Assembly: GCA_964016885.1 (NCBI GenBank)
Contig: OZ024743.1
Location: forward strand, 109,182,001 to 109,246,000
DNA: 64,000 bases
Reading direction: 5' to 3'
Origin: Eledone cirrhosa
Lineage: Eukaryota
Below, piece by piece: positions 53,995 through 64,000 of the stretch (position 1 is its first letter; every line of letters begins with the position of its first letter). A model generated the notes under the pieces. It saw nothing but the letters and a program-made list of their open reading frames with translations. It did not search any database and was not told the DNA's origin. The translations under genes and the position numbers were made by a program.

Positions 53995-56172
53995 ATACTT
54001 GGGGAGGGTCATATTTGTGTAATATTGACAGAATTAATAACAGAACACACTCACTGTTTGGTTGGTTTACGCTTCTCGCTGTCTTTTATATCTGCGATCT
54101 AACTTACTCGGTCCTCAATGTTGCCATTGACTGACCGAAGGTCAAAAATAATACAGATACAGTATAGACACAAACACATATATATAGTTTACATAAATCT
54201 TTCGAGGCACATCTGCAACATCGTCAGTGGTGTTATATTTTTTTTCCTCCTGTTGTGTTGTATGTCTACGCCATTTTTTATTCAGTCTGTCTATATATTT
54301 ATTTATTTGCTTGTTTGTTTATTTTATTTTGTCTTCTTTGCGCATGCTTTTGCGTGTGTGTATAGTGTTATGTTTGCTGTGTGACTAGTGTGTATAGTGT
54401 TGTGTTTGCTGGGTGACTAGTGTGTGTTTATGTGCTTGTTATTATTGTTCTTGTGTATGTATTTATTTATCTTATTTTATTTTATTTTATTTACTTATTT
54501 ATACTTCTCTTAGGTCAGTGTTGTTTGTTTGGGTGTTGTTGTTGTTCCACTCATTCTTTCTGTTTAGCTTTGGTCTTCTAATTTCTATTTCACTGGCCTC
54601 TCTGATTTGCCTATCTTCTGGGTCATTCCTATGTTTAGATATTATTCTAATTTCTATGTTGTCTATGTTACCGTCATGTTGTTGTCTAGCATGTTCGTAT
54701 AGTACTGACCCGTTTTGTCGTCCTTTTAGTTCCCCCCAGTGTTTGTCCATCCTTTCACCTATGCTACGAGCTGTCTCCCCTATGTATGTTGTTGTCATGT
54801 TTCTGCAAGTACCCTCTATACATATTATGCTATAGACTACGTTTCTAGTTTTACAGTTTATCCGGGGGTTCACCTTACATATGATACATTTCCTATTGGT
54901 ACAGTGGGTTTTCTTAAAAGGGTAGGTTTTGCCTATCAGGGATTTTATGGTGATTCCTGGCTTTTCTACCACCTTTATTTTTAAGTGGGTCTTTCTCAGG
55001 GCCTTTCTACACTGGTTAACTAATTTCCCTCCAGGGGTGGCGTCCACAAACATGACACTCTGATATCTCTGGTTGTCGTACCATGATGTGGCCTTCCCTA
55101 TCTTATGTCTAGCCCTATCAAGGCTATTCCATGATTTGCACCTGTATAATGGGCAAATTCCTTTCATGCCCAGTTCTATGAGGGTCTTATACTTTTCCAT
55201 GGCTCCTTCGTATACTCTGACTCTGTCTCTTTGGTTGTAGCCAGAGAACTGCATGCGGTTGATTAAGTGTTGGATGTGTCTTTCCATTTCTGTTGGGTCG
55301 CACATGCTGGACACATTCTTCATCACTCGTACCAAATCTGCGATCAGAATATTAAACTTAGCACTACTGGACATTGCTTAGTTTTTGAGTATCAGGTATT
55401 TGGAGGCCATGGGTTTAGCATAGTGTGAGTGGAGAATTTGGGCTCTCTCGTCTATAGTGTTAATCCAGAGTTCTGTGTCAAATACAGGTAGTCTATTGTT
55501 AGGTTGTTTGGAAGGGAAGTCGATAGTTACAGTTATACTCTGGTGTATGGAATTAGCTATCTGCTGGATGCTTTCCATCGTGCTACGTTCTAAATCAAAC
55601 TTGTTAGTGCTCTCTAGTGGGGGTGTTCTTATAACTATATTGATATCGTCTACATAACGAGAGTACATGATGAGGTCTATGGAGCTTTCATTAAGGAGAT
55701 ATTTAAGTCTCCTTTCCCACCATACCATGAAAAGGTTGGCAACATCACCAGCTATGCTGACGCCGATGGCTGCTCCCTCATTTTGGGTGTAGATTTTCTC
55801 ATTGAACTTAAATATGTGGCCCTTTAGGGTAGTTTTGATACAATCCCCTATTGCATGTGCGACCATTTTTCTTACCTGATCATTGTTTTGGGGGGTCCGT
55901 ATAGCTTTGGTCCACCCAATCCACCTTCCCATGGGAGTCTTTTTACCATTGAGGTTAGGGTGGGGGGTCTACCTCTTATAGGTCTACTAGGGCAGAAACA
56001 TCTAAGAAAGTTAGATCGCAGATATAAAAGACAGCGAGAAGCGAAAACCAACCAAACAGTGAGTGTGTTCTGTTATTAAGTCTGGCAATATTACACAAAT
56101 ATGACCCTCCCCAAGTATAACAATATTTGTTTCTACACACGATTTCATATAAAAAACCTCGCTAAACTAATT
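53988..56172 (-). mobile_element. PLE, 5'-truncated, with inverted pseudo-LTR (56008-56172)
   Basis: RT ORF 55378-55932 and ORF 54499-55374 are separated by one in-frame TAA. 56008-56125 is an inverted copy of 53988-54105. Hammerhead-like motif at 54190-54231 (-). (TA)n flanks. Confidence 0.92.
54499..55932 (-). pseudogene. PLE RT C-terminal half, Cys-rich linker and GIY-YIG endonuclease
   Basis: QNEGAAIG, YSRYVDD, HCTNRKCIIC..C, NVVYSIIC...YIGETARSIGERMDKH, EASEI..PKLN. Confidence 0.92.
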
Positions 56173-56180
56173 CATCGGCG

Positions 56181-56384
<204 letters not shown>

Positions 56385-56389
56385 GTATG

Positions 56390-56438
<49 letters not shown>

Positions 56439-56885
56439 AGGTACAGGCACTCGCAATAAAACAGTTCCGACATTAGTTCAACATTATTCCAGCTTCAATA
56501 TAATATAGTCGACGACGCGAAGGAATTGTGGAAGTCAAGTGGAGAAAATTGAAAGTGTCAACCCGACCTTTTATCATGTGACTCACACTCTTGCATTATG
56601 AAATGCTTAATGCTTACAACAATTTCACAGTGTGCTGCCGTTGTGTAAAATGCTGAATGTATGCTTAGGTGTGGCGTTTTGGTATTTGTGTCCTCTCATT
56701 TAAGTGTGCGACTTCAATGTATTTGTAATTGATATCTGACGAATTTGTTTAAAATCACTTAAGGCAAATAACAGTATCAATTGATCGTATTGAAATTATT
56801 CTTGCTGAATAAATGCGAGTTAAGAGAAGTTGAATGAAACGTCAAGGAAAGAGTAATATAAATAGCTAGAGAGTGAAGTGTGTAT

Positions 56886-56942
<57 letters not shown>

Positions 56943-57518
56943 CGCGAGAGAGAAAGAGAGATAGAGAGAGAGAGAGAGAGAGGATGAGAGAGAGACGGCT
57001 AGAAATAGAGAGAAGGGAGAGGAGGATGACATTCGAAGAGAAGGTGGGAAGAAATGGCGTATTAATATGAAATTTGTCTTCGAACCACGATCAGATTTAC
57101 GTTAACAAGTGGTCAAACCTTTATATTGGAGATTTTATGACCTTCTAAACAGCTGTCATAATGTAAACCGCTCTCATTTAAATATGGTTCGCTTCATAAA
57201 CACTTATCTACATAATTCCGATCAGTAAAACATCCCTAATGGCGATCAGTAGTACATCATCGACAGTCTTATTGAAAATGTTGCCATTCTTTAGAGATCA
57301 CTTGTTCTACGCGTATTTTCTGCCTACAATTCTCATTGCTACACTTTAGGCTATATTAGAAGCACTGCAACTTGACGTGTACGCTCGACCTATCCACAAA
57401 TACAATATACCTTTAACGAAAATTTTCACTTAACGTGTCATAATCCACTTTATAACGAGTGGATTCCAAATACACACACACACATACGCACACGCACACA
57501 CACACATACACACACACA

Positions 57519-57559
<41 letters not shown>

Positions 57560-57585
57560 ATAACAATATATATATATATGTGTTA

Positions 57586-57623
<38 letters not shown>

Positions 57624-60600
57624 GTACCTATATATATATATATTGGTATGTGCATACCAATACACAAATGTACGTGTATTGTATTTCAGTGCCCCAACAT
57701 AATAACTTAATATGTTTCACCAGTAGTGCGCGCGTAAATTATTTCTCACGTTCATGAGACAGTTAATAGTTTTGGTGATATATAAAATTATAGCTTCGTC
57801 ATTTTATTCGTTTCTTGCTTGCTGCAAAGAACTGCTATATATCGAGTCACTAAAAAAGTAATTATATATGGGATAACAACACGTGATATGGTGAATAATT
57901 GCCAAAACATCTTATTCCCACATAGTGTATCCAGTGGTATATATTCTAGAAATGTATAATCAATAGATCCATGTTCGTACATCTAACTTAGAGTTTCTGG
58001 TAAGTATTTAAACTTATCTTCATAATTTCAATTCTATTTCTGGTAGTGGCAAACAGTACATATTTCTGGCACCCACAATTCGTCTAGATTATATAGCTAA
58101 TGAAGTAATTGTCCTCATATAAACAATGGGTGCTGACGTGGATAGTCACTGAAACATATACATCTACGTGTAGTAGACATTCTATGCTATCTTTATCATA
58201 ATAGAGATATGTGTTTACTTTATTAAGGCTAAGTCAGAGTTATGTCTATTCACAATGTCATTTATATTATTTGCAGTATTTCAACAGATACCTGGAACAT
58301 CCCACGTCATGGTCGGGTCTTATTATCTACGCATTTGCAACTCATACCTGACTCCACACTTGCCGAAGTGAAAGCGTAATATTTATAGTGCATTAAATGG
58401 CATAAAATAAATAATATGTCCACCTAGATAGAAGTGTGCAATAATAAAACTAGAAACTTTGTAATAGAATTAAGAAATCAGTCAAATGTGTACAGAAGCA
58501 TGCACAAATGTTGAAACTAATAAGAACTCTGAGGTTAGATATATGAGACGATGTCTGAATTAGTTAATATTACTGACATACAAGAATACGTTTATTAATA
58601 AATTTGAACATTTACTCTGTTGTAATTCAATTTGCGTTGTTTATAGGACATTTTTACAACTAACTATTTGCAGTTCCATCTATCTTGATGATAAGTATTG
58701 TTATAACTTGCAGTAGTTAATCGAAACTAGTAGTTAATCAAATATGTTATTGAACCTTTTTTTAGATTTTAGATACTATAAACATAGCATGGCCTAATGC
58801 TTAATAAGTTTGCTTCGTAGTCACTATTCCAGTGTTTCGATATCATTGTGTTACATCTGTAAGAATCATTTACTATCATCTCTGCTCGACTTATTCTCTG
58901 TGAGTAAAAATGGGTAACCGTAATATGTATGGAAGACCATTGGATGACCTTGTGTAGCAATTAAACTGCTCACACTCAGAGAGAGAGAGGGTGAGAGAGA
59001 GAAAGACAGAGAGAGAGAGAGCAATTCTCAATGATACCGTTAATTGTGTTATTGTAACGCAATAGGTTTTAGTAGTTAGTTGTTTAAAATAATTCCGAGA
59101 ATATTGGGTTCTCTTTTTAACATTATTGCAATAAGGATCTTGCCTTTCATCCGTATGTCACTACGACGCCCCTACCATTCCATCCAGTGTTAGGAGTATA
59201 AAGGAAGTGGTTATCTATCAAAGTTTGTATTTTCTCGTATTTTTTCACAGTTAAATATGTATGAAGTGTTCGTTAAAGAAAAAAACTGTATGTACTGATT
59301 TCGGGTACAGCATTTAGCTTCTTTTCAATGGGTTTGCACATAAACATTCTTCGCTCAAAAACTATAGTAAATTATTAAACAACGACTTTGTTAATGTATT
59401 AAATATATTTCAAATTCAACGTAAATATCATCAAACTCATTGGTCTTGGGTAAGCCTAACACCTTTGCCCAGACTACGCAAATAGTAAGAGTGACTGTCT
59501 GTAATTGTAAAAATGAAACATTGCACTCTTTTGTTAAAAAGGTACATGATTTCTCATTGTTTAGAAATTTCAGGTATATATATATATCTATCTATGAATG
59601 ATACACCTCACCGCACGAACACGCACACCCTTACCTTACACAGACGTGGGCGCAGGGGAGAAATGAGTAAGAAGCACTTCTGTATATTTATCATGTAATG
59701 TCATAGTAGAAAGCATTAAATAATACTTCAAGATGAAGCAACGATGTAGAAAAGCCTAGCTACATAAACATTAGATTTTTCCTGGTATCTCCCTATTCTC
59801 ACTAGGCTTGTCCTCACTACAATTCTGTTGATACGAACAACTAACATTATAAGATGCATTAAGAACTCATACATCATTTCTGCCAGATGAATTATTAAGA
59901 ATTACATATAAGTTACAAAACCATGCTATAGAATTTGGAAAATTATTTTCCCTGAAATTATGTAGTGATATCATATATTAGATTCTATATTATATGTGCC
60001 TATAGAAAAATCATAAATTTCTGTTGTTCAATGTTTAATAAAGGCCTAACCTTACAGAATAATTTTATTTTTTTTAATAAAAAAAATAAGTAGACACGGG
60101 ATATGTGTTGATTATGATAGGTGATGTTGGTATATATCATGTTTATTTCTTCTTTTTATTGTTTTACTTCTAGTTCATTTTTTTTCACTTTGTTTCCATT
60201 TCCCCTTTTCTCTTCTTTCCCATATCTACTCCTACTTCATTATCATCACTATCCTCTATTTACAAAATTATATTTATTATCCACTAAATACTATATACAC
60301 TCCGGTACTCAATAAAGTTATTTTCATCACAATCACCATATTAGACATTACCAACAACAACTACCACCACCATGATCCCTACCCATGATCAGAAATCTTC
60401 TGAAGCATTTCATTTGAAGCACTTCACACACTGACCCAATACATTACCATTCTATATTTACTTTCATAATTTATATTTCAACTGCATTGTAACCATCATC
60501 ATCATATACACCACACCGGCTGTTTTCTCAAGAAATTATATTTACAGTAAATATATTACTCACTATCATCAGTAGATCTACAACCACTAACCCAACTAAG

Positions 60601-61239
60601 CTATTTTCTATTCATCTCATTTGCCCTATTCATCATCGTCATCAAATAAAGAAATACCCTTTTTGCTCAGTCCCTAATTCCTATTATGAATTTTATATTC
60701 ATCGTTATCGCACACACCATGGCCATGTCTTCCTTAGTTATTTCTTTACTTCTTTTACATGCACCATTCCCTTTTCATAATTCCCTTCTATCCTTTGCTA
60801 AACAGCCATTCAAAAACTCCTATCACACATCCTCCCTTGAGTCTCACCTGTTTATACTGTCTCTGCAAATTATCTCATGACCCTGTGACTGCACAGGGAA
60901 AACTCTAGAGTACGCCTTCACAGTATTTAATCATAGTATATAAATATCTAAAATCTATTTCCGTATTGAGAACTGTTACTTACCGACACAAGCACACACT
61001 CACATACACATACATATATACACACACACAAACAAACAAACCCAGGCACATATCATGCATATATATTAAGTTTCCTGTTTCTCTTGAATATTCAATATAA
61101 TATACTGTGTAGAAACCTTCTTAATGTCAAAGCGAAATTATCTTGCTTATACATATATCAAGATTTATATGTTTACACTCTATTGATATACTGCGTACCT
61201 TACTAACTGTGGTTATCCCCGATTGAATTCGGGCCACAT

Positions 61240-61590
61240 CCAGCTGTGGTATATGTATCAACCTAATAGAGTGATCGGAGTTCCACATCAAACAAGGGCA
61301 ACGCTTTACAGTGAAATACAATTTCACATGTGCATCAGAAAACCTGATATATGTGTTGATTTGCTCAGGCTGTCGAGAGCACTACATAGGACAGACTAAA
61401 AACAGATTTCGTCAAACTATGACCGTTCATGAATTAAAATACAAGAATACAGAAAATTAGCACTGAGTGAACACATTGTCACCTGCGCATCTACTGAACA
61501 ACTCAATTTTAGAATTTCCCCACTCTACACATTTAAAGACAACGCTTTCTACATCCAGCGCATTAGCAAGAAATCACACTTTATCGCCAA
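61240..61590 (+). pseudogene. Neptune-like PLE GIY-YIG fragment (not in the ORF track)
   Basis: Manual translation: SCGIC...FTVKYNFTCASENLIYVLICSGCREHYIGQTKNRFRQTMTVH...ALSEHIVTC. Confidence 0.8.
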
Positions 61591-61653
61591 ATGTGCATCA
61601 ACTTTTGTTGGTATTGTTCAAGCTTGATGGAATTCGTGATTGACTACACCTAC

Positions 61654-62364
61654 CTTATTAAATGTGATAGAATGTGATTTTTAAGACCATTCACTGCAAC
61701 TTCTAGCAAACTGTAGGGGCCTTCATCGTTAGTGGTATTATAAGACATTATTGATATGAGAAGACGTGATGTTGGTGCTAGAGCTGACACTGCTTTGTTG
61801 GACATAACTTTGATTTTATTAGTAAGGCTGATAGGTTTCCCCGTTGTGACAGTAGTAGAGATGGCGTTGAAGGTGACGGTGTCGTTGATGCTAGTGGTGA
61901 CAGTAACTTTAATGGCACTGATGGCGGTGGTTGGTGCTTGTAGCTACCCTAGTGTTGAAGTAATGGTTATAATCCTGGTGCTGAGCCTAATTGTAGTGAC
62001 GTTGAAGATGGTGATGATTTGCCTGGCGGCTGCGGTGTTATCGAGGTAATTGTCATAATGCTGGTGGTGACGTTGCTGAGGGTAGTGGTGTTGCTGAAGC
62101 TGAAGGTTTTTTGTGTTGCCAGTCGCAGTTGTAATGTTGATGATTCTGGTGTGGTTACTGCTTCTGACGATGTTGATGTTGATGGTAGTGGTAGCTGTAA
62201 AAATACCTGTAGTTGTGCTGACGACTAGTCGGGATGTGTGTGGTAGTGTTAGTGGGGTTGGCTTCACTGGTGATTTGAGATGATGAATACATGTTGGTGA
62301 CTAGTTGAATAACTCCTAATTGGAGAATTGCAAGTGCCAATATCGCTATTTTTCTAACTCCCAT
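61654..62364 (-). pseudogene. Frameshifted Thr/Ser-rich mucin-like exon with signal-peptide-like start
   Basis: MGVRKIAILALAILQLGVIQLVT, then Thr-rich stretches with many N-x-T sequons across shifting frames; ends at the donor-like AAG|GTAGGT (61654). Confidence 0.45.
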
Positions 62365-62929
62365 TTATTACATCTCGCATTTTCTCTCCCTCTCCCCATG
62401 TATAATATATATATATATTTCTCATATTACTCTCTTATTTTTCTTTCATAAATACTCATATCCTTCTCTCTTTTTCACATCTCTTTTTTCACATATATAT
62501 TTGTTATATACGTACATACGCTTCCTCTCACTATCTTTATTCTTACTTTCTTCGTTCTTGCTATATCTTTAACACACAATATACTCTTTCTCCTTTCTCT
62601 CCCGCAATTTTTCCATTCACCTCATTCTCTTCCCGTCTCACCCACACGCAAACACTGTTACTTCTTACTCTCTATCTCAATCACATTCTTGCTTTAATTT
62701 TCTTTCGTTTTATTAGGTTTTATAGAATATTTGTTTTTATATTTTTATATATTTTTTACTGTTATTTTCACCTGAAAGTTACCTCCTAAGTTGCAAATTC
62801 ATAGATCAATACAGAATAATTGCGTGACCGAAAAATCATTATCGATTAGCTATGATTGATTAATTGTGAACTAATTACGTTTCAAAATGTTAGTCAGCAA
62901 AGAATAATGATGACATTGACAATAGCAGC

Positions 62930-63066
62930 ATAAACAGTAGCAGTAGCAGTGCATCAGGTGGTGGTGGCAGTAATAGTAGTAGTAGAAGCTGTAGCAGTAG
63001 TAGTATTAGTAGAAGTAGAAGATGCAGTAGTAGTAGTAGTATTAGTAGTGGCAGCAGCAACAGTAC

Positions 63067-63139
<73 letters not shown>

Positions 63140-63209
63140 CATAGTAGTAGTAGTAGTAGCAGTAGTAGTAGTAGTAGAAGCAGGAGTAGTAGTAGTAGTG
63201 TTAGTAGTG

Positions 63210-63266
<57 letters not shown>

Positions 63267-63280
63267 ATAGGAGTAGTAAT
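62930..63280. repeat. (AGT)n/(AGC)n trinucleotide microsatellite
   Basis: Directly visible. Confidence 0.95.
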
Positions 63281-63289
63281 GTATTGATT

Positions 63290-63385
63290 CTGTGTTCGAT
63301 CACACCTCGCGGCTCTTGGGCAAGTAACATTTACCAAAGCCTCTTGTGAGTGAAATTGAATAGACGCAATTTATGTGGATGCCAA
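63290..63385 (+). mobile_element. Fragment of a second SINE family
   Basis: B-box-like GTTCGATC followed by CTTGGGCAAGT..AAAGCC..TTGTGAGTG. Confidence 0.5.
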
Positions 63386-63685
63386 TCTCATTGTCAGTAG
63401 CGGTATTTTAGCTTGCAATATCTTATGTGGCTCATCATATTTATTTGAAAATCGTGTAATTTAAGGGCGGTTTACTAGTGATATATTGAAGAAGAGGATA
63501 CCATTTTAAAGCACACTCGTGAACTCAAGACAATATATATGAATACTTGATGCAATGGAATCCACTATTCTGTAGTGCGATGTGAATAATGATAACTTAT
63601 TTAAGCAAACGGCCAGCAATTATTGGTGAGCGGAAAGTAGATTTCATCAAACCTATTTCTTTAATAGCACTATATTTTTTTTTTC

Positions 63686-63795
63686 CTGAAAGAATGAAAG
63701 GCAAAGTTGACGTTGACGTGATTTGAACATATAGCCGGAAAAAATTCTGCTACGCATTTATCTGACGCTCTAACGATTCTGCTAATCCACCGTCC
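63686..63795 (-). mobile_element. Older SINE copy
   Basis: The reverse complement reads GGTGGATTAGCAGAATCGTTAGAG...GTTCAAATC...AACTTTGCCTTTCATTC. Confidence 0.75.
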
Positions 63796-63877
63796 TCATC
63801 ATCTGAACGACGAGATCTATCAATTAAACTAAAGGAGGAATTACAACTAAGAAAATTTGACAGGGCCTATTTTAACA

Positions 63878-63934
63878 TACTACTACTACTACTACTACTA
63901 CTAATACTACTACTACTTCTACTACTACTAGTAA

Positions 63935-64000
<66 letters not shown>
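63878..64000. repeat. (TAC)n microsatellite
   Basis: Directly visible. Confidence 0.95.

Noticed and set aside
55375-55380. In-frame stop in the PLE ORF as possible selenocysteine or readthrough
   Set aside because: The codon is TAA and the sister copy has TCA (Ser), so it is an ordinary nonsense mutation.

Overview
Repeat-saturated, AT-rich animal genomic DNA. The SINE family and repeat landscape suggest a cephalopod (octopus-like); this is inference. No intact host gene is visible. The window holds two decayed Tx1/L1-like LINE pieces, a complete CsRn1-clade Gypsy LTR retrotransposon (7682-13174, 4-bp TSD AACT, tRNA-Trp PBS), and a head-to-tail triple of R4/Dong-like RLE LINEs nested in (TATG)n. 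It also holds at least six Penelope-like element (PLE) pieces from about three lineages, several with inverted pseudo-LTRs, an internally deleted mariner, an RTE fragment, many tRNA-derived SINEs and long microsatellites. The most interesting signal is a set of type I hammerhead ribozyme motifs (CUGANGA-stem II-GAAA-short stem III-NUH-stem I). They lie in PLE pseudo-LTRs and in several short non-coding fold-back or circularly permuted elements that sit in (TA)n tracts, consistent with a family of non-autonomous, retrozyme-like PLE parasites. Weaker evidence points to a decayed minus-strand host gene (signal peptide plus mucin-like exon, and lectin/WSC-like remnants). All motifs were read by eye; no database searches or folding programs were run.
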